Made by a program: the position numbers and the translations under genes. The notes under the pieces are model-generated. The model saw nothing but the letters and a program-made list of their open reading frames with translations. It was not told the origin of the DNA and searched no databases. A DNA stretch of 64,000 nucleotides, taken from NCBI RefSeq assembly GCF_006345805.1, contig NC_043005.1, forward strand, positions 17,484,001-17,548,000, read 5' to 3'. Source of the DNA: Octopus sinensis. Lineage: Eukaryota. Numbering within the stretch: the stretch's first letter is position 1; each line of letters begins with the position of its first letter. Shown in pieces: positions 27,332 through 40,226 of the stretch.

Positions 27332-28029
27332 ATCTATAACAGCGTTTCTCAACCTTATCATTTCGGACCCCCTGTTTTCGATTGGAGCCTCCAGCTGTAC
27401 GAAAATTTCCTGACTCCCCCACCACTTGTCAAAAAACAGTTTCAGGAGATGTGAAGAACGAATTTGTACGTAGTCTGTTTCTGAGAGCTATTCTATTGGA
27501 CAAACTGTCTAATCATTAAGACACTGATTTAAATTATGAACATAGAATAAAAATTATACATTAATCCCTATTTTTGTAAGCAGTTGTATCCGTAAAAATT
27601 TTATTTGCAGAGAGCAGAAATTGAAAGAGATATATGAAACGGACGTGTGTGTGCATGTTTGTGTGTTGTGTGTGTGGTGTGTGTGTGTGTGTGTGTGTGT
27701 GTGCGTACGTGCGTGCGTGCTTGCGCGTGTGTATGTGAGAGAGAAAGCAGGTGAGAAAGAGAGATAGAGTGAGTGAGTGAAGGTGTGTGTCGTGATGATT
27801 GACGTCTTTTAAGGTACACACATATACATAGAAAATGTGAGGTCATCATAAAATTTTTACGATAGTTGATTTATGGAAAACTACTTGATAAACTCTTATA
27901 AAGATTTTATCCTATTTTTAAATTATATATACATACATATATTCATACACAACATATATATATATATATATACACACATACACACATGTATATGTGTATA
28001 TGGTGTGTATGTATATATGTGTAGTATAT

Positions 28030-28092
<63 letters not shown>

Positions 28093-28294
28093 GGTTAGTA
28101 CACAACGACCAACATTAAACAGAAGAAGGAAGAGGAGAAGAAGAAGAAGAAGAAGGAGAAGAGAAGAAAAGAAGAAGAAGAGAAGAAGAAGAGACAAACA
28201 AACAACAACAACAACAACAAAAAACAATAACAACAACAACAACAACATCGAAAAACAACTTAGGAATGAGAACCCATGTTCGAAGTTTCCCCAA

Positions 28295-28340
28295 GACACC
28301 TGATGAAGGCTGGAGGGTATATCAGTCGAAATGTTGTGTT
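28295..28340 (+). ncRNA. Minimal hammerhead ribozyme in a short (AAC)n-associated repeat
   Basis: GACAC-CTGATGA-(A)GGCTGG..TCAGTC-GAAA-TG-TT-GTGTT. Confidence 0.68.
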
Positions 28341-28476
28341 AACAACAAACAAGATGAGGACAAAAATCCGTCAATTGGAAATAATATAAATAATATATAT
28401 GCAAGTCTTACATATATGAAGACAAACATGAATGTACGTATGTATTATGTATATATTTATATATGTGTGTGAGTGT

Positions 28477-28519
<43 letters not shown>

Positions 28520-28864
28520 ATTTAATTGCATTTCAAGATTTTTTTCCCAATAGAGAAAGGATCGGTTTGTTGCCCTTTGGGAAGGTCATTTTGCCAACTA
28601 TATCACACACTAGTTGTATTTCGCTTCTTTTTATTATATTAGTCGAGTGATAATCGTAAACTTAACTTTTTGATTGATGAATCATTAAATAATTGATTTG
28701 TTAATTTACTAATTAGTGAAAAAGTAATTGACTGATGATAGTAATTAATTATTGGCAAATCTACCCCGCTCAACCTTTCTCGACATACCTTGCAAAACAA
28801 ATACACATCTACCAATCTATTTCATTTTCTGTACGTACGTTTGTGTGTGTGTGTGTGTGTATGT

Positions 28865-28937
<73 letters not shown>

Positions 28938-29952
28938 AAAACAGACCCTTTCAAAACTTTAGCTCTTTCGGTTACTTCGTCACATTCTTTTGCTGTTGAT
29001 AACTGATTAAAGTAAATCCCACGGCTGTTAAAGCGAACAGGAAATCGTCTTTGGCTGGCAGCGGTGTTTGGCTTCATAGGGATCAGTGCCAATGGGGGAA
29101 AAGGGTCTCTGAAATGTTGACCCATCAAATAATGACACTGCACTATATTTAACAAATTTATCTCTGTATTTCCTGCCCGTTCTCGTCTAATATAAACGTA
29201 GAATAGCATTCCAGACATTACAAAGCGTCGTAATTTCGGAGGTTTTTATTTATTATTTCTTCATTTATTATCTTTCATCTTTTCTCTTTTGCTTGTTAAA
29301 GTCATTGGATGCAGCCATGATCGGGCACCGCTTTGAAGAGTTTTAGTCAAAACAAGTCGGCGCCAGGTACTGGGCTTTTTTGCTTTGGGGTTTATTTTAT
29401 TTTATTAGAAGATAGGATGATGTGGTTTGCACGTAGGTAAAAGATGGGATGGTCACAACTGGAACGTCTTCGAAGTTAGTTCTACTCAATGAGGGCTTAT
29501 TGACGTGGTGCAGTAGAAACAATAACCAGGTTGTACTCACAAGGAGCTGATCAACACGAGGCAATAGAACAAGATACCTTTCCAAGGTGCACCCGTTTGA
29601 TATTGAACCCAAAACAGCAGATTTGTAAAACGAACTTCTTAACCACACAGTCGTGAATCTTCTAACTCATTTTTTATGAAATTGAGCCACGAGTGATTTA
29701 TTTCCAGCCAGAGTGTCTTTAACGAGTTAAATGATAAATAATGAATTATCAATTAGGCAGTCTTGGCTGTGAGGTTAAGGAGTTAGCTTTACAACCACGC
29801 GGTTTTAGGTTCAATCTCATTGGACTGAACCTTGGGCAAGTGTCTCCTACAATAGCTCCGAACCGACACAATGTCTTGTGAGTAAATTTAATCGAGTTAA
29901 ATTAGCCCTGTTTATATATGAACAAGATAGGTTGCATATACTATATTATACC

Positions 29953-30371
29953 TATTTCTTTACTACCCACAAGGGGCTAAACACAGAGGGGACAAACAAG
30001 GACAGACAAAAGGATTAAGTCGATTACATCGACCCCAGTGCGTAACTGGTACTTAATTTATCGACCCCGAAAGAATGAAAGGCAAAGTCGACCTCGGCGG
30101 AATTTGAACTCAGAATGTAACGGCAGACGAAATACCTATTTCTTTACTACCCACAAGGGGCTAAACACAGAGGGGACAAACAAGGAGAGTCAAACGGATT
30201 AATTCGATTACATCGACCCCAGTGCGTAACTGGTACTTAATTTATCGACCCCGAAAGGATGAAAGGCAAAGTCGACCTCGGCGGAATTTGAACTCAGAAC
30301 GTAACGGCAGACGAAATACGGCTACGCATTTCGCACCGGCGTGCTATAACGTTTCTGCCAGCTCGCCGCCT
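29953..30371 (-). mobile_element. SINE family B tandem dimer
   Basis: Same structure as 19646-20062. Confidence 0.85.
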
Positions 30372-30935
30372 TAAACTATATACTATATCAATACCTTGAT
30401 ACTGTGTGGAGTAGACCTGGATCCCCGTTGACAGGACCCTGGTATTTAAAATAAAGAGTTAACATTGGCATATGCAAATTAGTAGCACCAGTTTTTTTCT
30501 GTAGTTATTGCAATTGGTGAGTATATAAACAGATGGACTGCTTGTTTCTCTAAGATTGGCCGCTTGTTTTTCTGTTATTGTCCAAATTGTTGTAAATGCC
30601 TCTTATGAGAACCAAATAAGATTCGAAAATCGATAAAGATTATTCATCGATTTTGTTCAATCTACCGAGAAAAAGCTAAATTAGCGCAGTTTATATATTA
30701 TAATAATAAAAAGGTAAAATTAATTAATAGTTTCACCAAGGAGTTCGGTACGTTAAAATAACCTTTTTAGGTAAAAATTATTCAAATATTCTATATTTAT
30801 AAACATAATTATAATCAGGGGTCAGCTAATTGTTTCGCCACGCACCGAATTTAGAAAAAAAGAGTTTCTAAATTGGCTGACCCTTAATTATAATTATTTT
30901 TATAATTATAGAATATTATGTACTAGATTGGATTA

Positions 30936-31363
30936 GGATCTTTTCGGTCTGAACGGCAGTTTTTTCTAGCGATGTCATATGAAACTGTCACCCATAATTA
31001 TGACCGTAGAATCGATCGATTGCATTTCAATCTCTTTTAAGGTTAGGGTTAGGGTTAGGATTAGGGGTGGGGGAAGGGTATCTTTTTTTCTTCACAAATG
31101 TAAATAAACCCAATCTGTTTCTTAAACGAGGGACATATTCATACGGCACAGAATGCTTTTTAACTCAATAGACGTCACTGATTGGTTGAAATTGCAGAAA
31201 TTGAAGAAAAAAAACAACAAATATCTTACAAACCATAGAATTTTCTCAATAAAGCCAAGAGAAAAAGATGTTTTATAAACACATTCTACCAGTATACGAA
31301 GTTTAAAATTGTTTAGTTACCTAGAAATTATGTTAAAAACTGCCGTTCAAACCGAAAAGATCC
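30936..31363. mobile_element. MITE family M1 (TIR GGATCTTTTCGGTTTGAACGGCAGTTTTT, 8-bp TSD)
   Basis: TIRs at both ends, TSD TTGGATTA/TAGGATTA, internal (TTAGGG)n. Confidence 0.85.
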
Positions 31364-31619
31364 TAGGATTATATAAATCTATATACAAATACAGTAAGCC
31401 CTCTTCATATTGCGGTTCACCTATCGCGACTTATTATTTAACCCATTAACTGCCAAATTTTTTACTCATTTTTTTTTTGTCTTAGAAGTTAAAATAATAT
31501 ATAGTATTTAAATTTTCTTCATATGTGAATTATTTTGGAAATTATGATAAATTATTCGAAACTCCCAAAAATGGGGATCGCTGAAAAAAAGCATATTTAT
31601 CCTTTTCTATCCATAGCAA

Positions 31620-32030
31620 GGATCTTTTCGGTTTGAACGGCAGTTTGTAACATAATTTCTAGGTAACTAAAACATTTTAAACTTCGCATACAGGTAGAAT
31701 GTGTTTATAAAACATCTTTTTCTCTTGGCTTTATTGAGAAAATTCTATAGTTTGTTAGATATTTGTTGTTTTTTTCTTCAATTTCTGCAATTTCAACCAA
31801 TCAATGACGTCCATTGTGGTAAAAAAAAAACATTCTGTACCGTATGAATATATCCCTCGTTTAAGAAACAGATTGGGTTTATTTACATTTGTGAAGAAAA
31901 AAAAGATACCCTTCCCCTACCCCTAATCCTAACCCTAAAAGAGATTGAAATGCAATAGATCGATTCTAGGGTCATAATTATGGGTGACGATTTCATATGA
32001 CACCGCTAGAAAAAACTGCCGTTCAGATCC
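31620..32030. mobile_element. MITE family M1, inverted copy
   Basis: Reverse complement of 30936-31363. Right TIR partly deleted. Confidence 0.82.
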
Positions 32031-32223
32031 CATTGTAATAATAAACATTTTAGTTGGTTTTTTTTTTTTTAACTATAGTATCAAATGCGAATGTGTATGA
32101 AATATTTATGAATGATATACAATGGGAAAAGCAAAAAAAAAACCGTTTTCAAAACGGTCGATATTTTTGTAGTTCAAAACTTGCGATTTGTGATATAAAA
32201 TGCTCTCAAGAATTAGCCAGAGC

Positions 32224-32323
32224 NNNNNNNNNNNNNNNNNNNNNNNNNNNNNNNNNNNNNNNNNNNNNNNNNNNNNNNNNNNNNNNNNNNNNNNNNNNNN
32301 NNNNNNNNNNNNNNNNNNNNNNN
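32224..32323. other. Assembly gap (100 N)
   Basis: Run of N. Confidence 1.
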
Positions 32324-32471
32324 CGTGTGGGAACGAGTACTTGCCTTCTAGTAGACAGACAAATTTGGACATGCTGCGATCGCCAGGATTAGCTCTAGCG
32401 ATCAAAGATAACAAAGTAATAAATGAAGATAATAAAATTAAAATTAGGGAATGGGCCTGTATTGGATTGTG

Positions 32472-32530
<59 letters not shown>

Positions 32531-32869
32531 ATGTATATATATAATATATGTGTATGTATGTGTATGTGTGTATGTGTAGGTATGTATAGGCACACATGTG
32601 TACGTATGTGTGTGTGTATGTATATGTGTTATGTATGTATGTGCACACATTTTATTTTTTATTTTTCTTTTTTTTTTTTTTTATTTTTATTTTTTTTTTT
32701 ATTTTTTTATTTTTTTATTTATCTATTCTTTCATCTAACTTACCACTGACTCCTTGACCACTCCCCCAAGTATGATATTTTGCGCTATGCCTACCCCCAA
32801 AAAAGTCCCCCACCACCACTCCTTTAAACCTGCCTAAATGTATAAATGCTAATACAATTCTTGTTAAAT

Positions 32870-32919
32870 AGCTTCCTGAAGATTCTCTTGAATGAAACAG
32901 TACTAGTCCTGTAGAAGCT
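32870..32919 (+). ncRNA. Hammerhead ribozyme (slightly degenerate stem II)
   Basis: AGCTTC-CTGAAGA-TTC(tctt)GAA(t)-GAAA-CAG..CTG-TA-GAAGCT. Confidence 0.68.
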
Positions 32920-32970
32920 CCTTCTATAATTATAAATATATATATATATAATTATATATATAGATATATA

Positions 32971-33009
<39 letters not shown>

Positions 33010-33132
33010 TAAATTAGAGACAAAACCACTATTAGGCAAATCATACAATGAAAAACTTAAGCAAATACATAAGATTATTTAATTTATATTATTTAAATAT
33101 ATATCAAAAATATTAAAAAATATAATTAATAT

Positions 33133-33200
33133 ATCACTACGATCGTTTCATGGCTGTTAATTTCTTTAAATTTTCAAGTCACAGTCATTCATCAGGTGGT
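33133..33200 (-). ncRNA. Hammerhead ribozyme (same family as 5598-5649)
   Basis: Reverse complement ACCAC-CTGATGA-ATGACTGT..ACAGCCAT-GAAA-CGATCG-TA-GTGAT. Shares the flank AAATTAGAGACAAAACCACTATT. Confidence 0.78.
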
Positions 33201-33469
33201 TTAAATATTTCTCTTGGCGAGGTTTGGATTTATTCCCTAATATTTATTATATATATATATATATATATATTTAAGTAGTTGAATGAATTATCCTAGTATG
33301 GATAATTCGGTTAACCGATACCCGGGTAGCAAATTTACGTCAGAAAGCACGGTTGAAGCTACATGCCAAGGGCAGAGATCACGTGCTTTCGTGTGGAAAT
33401 TTGTGTGTTTTTTTTACTATAGATAAATGAGAGAATGGAGTCGAACGGCGATTTAACAAAATTCCTTTA

Positions 33470-33551
33470 TTCTCGACATATGTTTCGAAGACTGTATATT
33501 CCTAATTCCGAAGGAATAAAGGGTGCATTATGCCGTCTTCTCATCAGGAAA
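33470..33551 (-). ncRNA. Hammerhead ribozyme, canonical GUC site
   Basis: Reverse complement TTTC-CTGATGA-GAAGAC..GTCTTC-GAAA-CATATG-TC-GAGA. Confidence 0.82.
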
Positions 33552-34390
33552 GACAAGGAACTTATGTCAGCATCATGATGAACAAAAACTTTTAGATGAC
33601 TGCCCACACGGAGTCCATAATGATAATGAGTGTTTCTTTAAAATATTCCGTTATAAGCAGTGACGTCAAAATTGGTTGGATGGATAAGATTCTAAAAAGT
33701 TCAAGAGTTCAATAATGGTTGGAAGGGGAAAGATCTAAGAATAGGGGGGTGACAGAGTGCAAGTTGTATGTATGGTGATGCGTTGTTGTTTGTTTCTGCC
33801 AATGAGATTGAGTGCCTATGTGTGTGTATGTATATAACTGCATTCGTGTCTATGTGTGTGTATGTGTGTGCGTGATTGTTTGTGTGGGGGATAAATGCCA
33901 AATACCTCTAGTGGTAAAGTGACAGGTTTGTGTCTGTGTGTTTGATTGTGCTTGTGATAGAGAGAGGGAGAGAGAGAGTGGGGGGAGAATATATATTAGA
34001 AGCTTTGGAGATGATGTACAGGTATTATATATTAGAAGAAATGAGGTACTCAGAAATCCTACAAAAATACATAAATATATACATATATACAAACCCATGT
34101 TCACACACACACGCACGGGCACGCACATATATGTATGTCATTGTTCAGTTTTATTTCAAGATTCCTTGCCAATAGAGAAAGAACTGGTTTCTAACCTAGA
34201 TCCATGGTTCCTTCCCTGGAATTTGAACATGAACAACAGGGTATTTTTGTTTGTATGTATGTATGTACGTACGTATGTATGTACGTACGTATGTATGTAT
34301 GTATGTATGTATGTATGTATATGTGTATGTATGTATGTATGTATGTATTTATGTATGTCTGTATGTATGTATGTATATATGTATGTATGT

Positions 34391-34944
34391 CAGGTCACTT
34401 TCGAGTGCTACTGGTAACATGTAACCCAGTACAACCTGTTGCATGGTTGGGTCGTCGGCGACTAAACCGGCAACCCAACCAAGCTTGCTTGGTGAGGAGG
34501 GTGTTTATTGGACACCCTGCGGGATGAAAATCAAAACCCGTCAAAGGGCGGAGGAACTCTTGGGAGTCAACGGCCATCCAATAAATGTCTTAGGACTGTA
34601 TCATGAGCGTGGTGGACATAGAAATAATCGGACTGAATACCCGATCGTGCGGTTAAACCATTGGGAGAGAAGGATTCCTAGCCTTTGTTAGGGCATCCTT
34701 CTGGGAGAAGGTAACTCAGGTAACTGGGATAACTCTGACAAAAAACCTGCGGCTCAGTGGTTACCGATGATGTTGACTTGTTCTTCTTTTCGGATTATGG
34801 CTGCTGTTGCTTAGTGAGTGGGATTGACTCAGTGCACAGCCTTTCCTCACTTTAAAAACAATCTTCTTGCACAGGCATTGCACGATAACAACATTGATTA
34901 AGCTTCGTGCAATGGCCATACTTGATAACGAGGGGGCAGCCACC
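34391..34944 (+). mobile_element. GC-richer non-coding insertion in (TATG)n, possibly derived from an RTE 5' UTR
   Basis: Sharp compositional boundaries, flanked by ATGTATGT on both sides. Contains GGGCATCCTTCTGGGAGAAGGTAACTC, which resembles RTE 5'-UTR motifs. Confidence 0.4.
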
Positions 34945-35229
34945 ATGTATGTACATGTGCAGATTTGTGTGTTTTGCATTATGTATGTATTCTCATGCAT
35001 ATCTTGCAAATCTAGTCATACTCATATATATTTAAATGTTAAAATTCTGGAAAGTTTTACAAATATTTACAGTTCCAGTGATAGATTGGATCTGTAGTCT
35101 TCGAATTATCTTTCTCCTTTCTGGTTTTGAGAAGCCTACTTTCTCAAAATTGCTAATTAGGCAGTGTATTATATATCCCACACTGTATGTATGTATGTAT
35201 GTATGTATGTATGTATGTATGTATGTATG

Positions 35230-35274
<45 letters not shown>

Positions 35275-35275
35275 C

Positions 35276-35306
<31 letters not shown>

Positions 35307-35357
35307 CTATCTATCTCTCTATCTCTCTATCTATCTATCTGTCTATCTATCTATCTC

Positions 35358-35409
<52 letters not shown>

Positions 35410-36165
35410 GCTATCTATCTATCTATCTATCTATCTGTGTGTGTGTTTGTAGCGGCCACTAACACGTTATCGAGTTTAATCACCTTTTATTCTAAAATTA
35501 CACCTCCATTACCATGGCTTTCAATGACGTTGAAAAGAAACATACGACAGTGAAACGAGACGAAAGACTCCACCTCCTAGACGCCGACGGCACAATTAAC
35601 TAAGGTCGCATATTTTACACACACATATATATCCATTCATACAGACATACAGACATATATCTCTATAAATACATGTGTGTGTGTGTGTGTGTGTTTGTGT
35701 GTACTTTGAGCAAGTATAGTCTATCATGATTCAAGATGAGGAGTCAGGGCATTGACATTTTCACATTTTCTCTACCGTTATGTAAAAATGTATCAGACAA
35801 GATAATAAAATCATCATTGAAATTTATTGTCAATGAAATTTGTAAGACTAATATTTCCATACGTGTAGCCATGGCTGAGTGGATGAAAATGATCGTTTCA
35901 TACTTAGAGATTTCGCGTTCGATGCCACTATCCATGTCAGTCTGAACAAGTGTCTTTTACAATAACCTCGTTGTTACAAATAAACCATCTCTGCATAAAA
36001 CAGACTGGGCAGAACCTGACCGAATGCTTGTCCAATGGATTTTATTTGTATTTCAAAATGTCAGCTTTATTGCTCGTTGCGGATCGTTTGTTCTACTGAA
36101 GGATAGCTTTAAGTGTACACGTTTCTGGGGAAATGCTGAGCTCTTTTTCATATACTCTCTTTTAC

Positions 36166-36211
<46 letters not shown>

Positions 36212-36214
<3 letters not shown>

Positions 36215-36860
36215 CGCAGGAGTGGCTGTGTGGTAAGTAGCTTGCTAACCAACCACATGGTCCCGGGTTCAGTGTCCCACTGCGTGGCATCTTGGGCAAG
36301 TGTCTTCTGCTATAGCCCCGGGCCGACCAATGCCTTGTGAGTGGATTTGGTGGACGGAAACTGAAAGAAGCCTGTCGTATATATGTATATATATGTGTGT
36401 ATGTATGTGTGTGTTTGTGTGTGAGTGTGTTTGTCCTCCTAGCATTGCTTGACAACCGATGCTGGTGTGTTTACGTCCCCGTCACTTAGTGATTCGGCAA
36501 AAAGAGACCGATAGAATAAGTACTGGGCTTACAAAGAATAAGTCGATTTGCTCGACTAAAGGCGGTGCTCCAGCATGGCAGCAGTCAAATGACTGAAACA
36601 AGTAAAAGAGTAAAAGAGATATAAGATATATCTTATATATATATATTACTTGTTTCAGTCATTTGACTGCAGCCATGCTGGAGTACCGCCTTTAGTCGAG
36701 CAAATCGACCCCAGTACTTATTCTTTGTAAGCCTAGTACTTATTCTATAGGTCTTTTTTTAACCGAACTGCTAAGTTGCGGGGACGTAAACACACCGGCA
36801 TCGGTTGTCAAGCGGTGCGGGGGAGGGAACAGACACACAAACATATACACACACATACAT

Positions 36861-36942
<82 letters not shown>

Positions 36943-37114
36943 CATATATACGACGGACTCCTTTCAGTTTCCGTCTACCAAATCCAATCACCAGGCTTTG
37001 GTCGGCCCGAGGCTAAAGTAGAAGACACTTGCCCAAAGTGCCACACAGTGGGACTGAACCTGGAACCATGTGGTTGGTAAGCAAGCTACTTACCATACAG
37101 CCACTCCTGCGCCT
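36212..37114. mobile_element. Two SINE family A copies tail-to-tail (36212-36620 +, 36645-37114 -)
   Basis: Full head and tail in opposite orientations. Confidence 0.85.
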
Positions 37115-37640
37115 ATAATGTAAGAGACTGAATAAGGAAATCAGTTGATCCAACAAGCAAAATACTCATCGTTGAATCCATGCAAATGTATGCGTAAGTT
37201 CATATGTAACAAACTGTCACTGCATCAATCTTCAGGTGCAGTGCTTTACAAAACCTGGAAGAAGACCACTAATTTGGTGATTAATGGCACTCTGTGTAGA
37301 CTTGCAAACGTACTTTTAAGGTGGCGAACGAATAGAATCGTTGCTTAGTAACATTTTGTCCGTCTTTACGTTCTGAGTTCAAATTCTGCTGAAATCGATT
37401 TGGGCTTTTCATCCTTCTGGGATCGATAAAAAAAAAAGTACCAGTTGAAAACTGATATCGATGTAATCGACTTACCCCCCCCCCCCCCCGAAATTGCTGG
37501 CCTTGTGCAAAAATTTGAAGCCATTTTACAGGTACATATATTAGAAAAAACGTACAAGCCCACACATGCAATGACAACCAGGCCTGCATGCATGTATACA
37601 TGTGAACATAAATACATGTGTGATGCATGCGTGCATGCAT

Positions 37641-37672
<32 letters not shown>

Positions 37673-37983
37673 CAGACAGACAGACAGAGACAGACAAACA
37701 GTGAGAGCGTACGTGGGTGGGGGGTCTATGTGTAAGCCTACGCAGAAGACATATAAACATGCTAAACTTTCCTATTTCTCTGAAGATTGATGAAAATAAT
37801 GAACACCTTTAATCGCTTTTCGATTCTGATCGAGTCTCAAGTAAGCATTCCGTTTGAATACACATCAAAGTTATTAACACGTGTCATCAAAAATGCCGAC
37901 AGTTTTACTAATGACTAGCTTAAAAGTGGCACCCCATGCGAACTTTTAAGCTAGCTCCTGCGGAAGGCTAATTGGAACTGCAG

Positions 37984-38367
37984 TGGAGGCGCAATGACCC
38001 AGTGGTTAGGGCAGCGGACTCGCGGTCGTAGGATCGCGGTTTCGATTCCCAGACCGGGCGTTGTGAGTGTTTATTGAGCAAAAACACCTAAAGCTCCACG
38101 AGGCTCCGGCAGGGGATGGTGGTGATCCCTGCTGTACTCTTTCACCACAACTTTCTCTCACTCTTGCTTTCTGTTTCTGTTGTACCTGTATTTCAAAGGG
38201 CCGGCCTTGTCACTCTCTGTGTCACGCTGAATATCTCCGAGAACTACGTTAAGGGTACACGTGTCTGTGGAGTGCTCAGCCACTTACACGTTAATTTCAC
38301 GAGCAGGCTGTTCCGTTGATCGGATCAACCGGAACCCTCATCGTCGTAACTGACGGAGTGCTTCCAC
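37984..38367 (+). mobile_element. SINE family C (tRNA-derived head) with 14-bp TSD
   Basis: TSD AATTGGAACTGCAG at 37970-37983 and 38368-38381. Other copies at 46017-46400 (+) and 60830-61213 (-). Confidence 0.9.
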
Positions 38368-38762
38368 AATTGGAACTGCAGCCCAAAACTAAGGGGAGCT
38401 AAATAGCATGACTATAATACGTCTATAATGACTATATGCCCTGGTGGTGTTTGATCAGAGGTTAAGGATGGATGAGAATTGATTCTGTAATGCCATCATT
38501 CTTTTGTTCCAATCCCAAATTGAATTCTAACTGTTGGCCAATTTGTCCCAAAGTTCTTATCTCGACGTAAAATTAACAAAGCGAATGTAATTTATCTCCC
38601 CCTTGATCTGTGATGTCATCTGACAAACGCCAGCCAGCATGGTGGGAATCGACCAAGCTTTACCTGCTAAAAATAGCAACCCAAATGCTTTTAAATCAGA
38701 TCTCAATGCTACATGTTCAAGAACCAAATGAAGAGCAGATTTTCAATCCCGGTATCATTCTG

Positions 38763-39156
38763 GGATCTTTTCGGTTTGAACGGCAGTTTTTAACATAATT
38801 TCTAGGTAACTAAAAAATTTTAAACTTCATATACTGGTAGAATGTGTTTATAAAACATATTTTTCTCTATAGTTTGTAAGATATTTGTTGTTTTTTTCTT
38901 CAATTTCTGCAATTTCAACCAATCAAATACGTCTATTGAGGTGAAAACATCCTGTGCCGTATGAATATGTTCCTCGTTTAAGAAACAGATTGGGTTTATT
39001 TACATTTGTGAAGAAAACAAGATACCCTTCCCCCCACCCCTAAGCCTAACTCTAAAACAGATTGAAATGCAATAGATCAATACTAGGGTAATAATTATGG
39101 GTGACAATTTCATATGACACCACTAGAAAAAACTGCCGTTCAAACCGAAAAGATCC
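38763..39156. mobile_element. MITE family M1
   Basis: TIRs plus perfect TSD TCATTCTG. Confidence 0.9.
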
Positions 39157-40226
39157 TCATTCTGATTCCGAAAAGGTATAATAGGCCTATGTAGAGCAAA
39201 CACAGAGGTCCTGAACAGACATAATTTCGCGTTTATCATTATAGATAGAAAACTAAGCATAAAAACAATAGGAGAAACCATTCATAAATGTGAGCAACAG
39301 TGCAAATATAAGTACAAACACAGCACTGAAACATGTGAATCATCAGATATCGTTGTAACGTTTCTATCGAAAATAGTGTCATTCAGATAATGTGCGCGCG
39401 CGCCCGTGTGCATGTGTGTGTGAAGGCGGCGAGCTGGCAGAAACGTTAGGACGCTGGGCGAAATGCTTAGCGTATTTCGTTTGCCGTTACGTTCTGAGTT
39501 CAAATTCCGCCGAGGTCAACTTTGCCTTTCATCCTTTCAGGGTCGATTAAATAAGTACCAGTTATGCACTGGTGTCGATGTAACCAACTTAATCCCTTTG
39601 TCCTTGTTTGTCCCCTCTCCGGTGCGTCTCGAATCGTGCCTGTAGAGGTTATCCCAAACGGGTAATGCTTCTCGATAGCACTGCCAGACCAGGGATTTTT
39701 GGTGATTGTCCATTGGTCCCGGTCCAAAAGTTGTCCTGGACAGGCGGGTCAGGTATTCCTCGTCAATGCCCAGATCCTGCCCAAGAACGCCATCACACCT
39801 CCCTCCACTGATCCTCTATAGAATGCCTTTGTGGAGTTGAAGTCTCACAAGTTTGGTCCTGGACGGCAGAGTTGCTTGAGAGCAAGGTGGCACTCGCAGT
39901 GCCATTCGCCTAGCCTCGGTTTCTGCCCTTGTGGGCAATAAAGGAATAAGAAATAAGAATCGTCGGACAAAATGGTTAGTGGCATTTCTTGCAGCTCTTT
40001 ACATTCTGAGCTCAAATCCTGCTGAGAATATTCTCTTCGAGAATTACTCAAATTATGAGAATACATCGCCTGTCACCACAAGTGTTCTAACGTTTCTACC
40101 GCAACAAAAACTTAAATGAGGAACACTTCACATACCAACAAAAAGCTATGTTTTTGTATGTGTCTCCGAAATATGAGAAATATTCCGGAATTGACGAGGA
40201 TTTCTAACCTCTTTTGGACCTGAGAC

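Noticed and set aside
31040-31066. Telomere or chromosome fusion site (TTAGGG)n
   Set aside because: Only 3-4 units, and internal to the M1 MITE copies.
37984-38055. tRNA gene
   Set aside because: The tRNA-like sequence is the head of a multi-copy SINE with a TSD, not a stand-alone tRNA.
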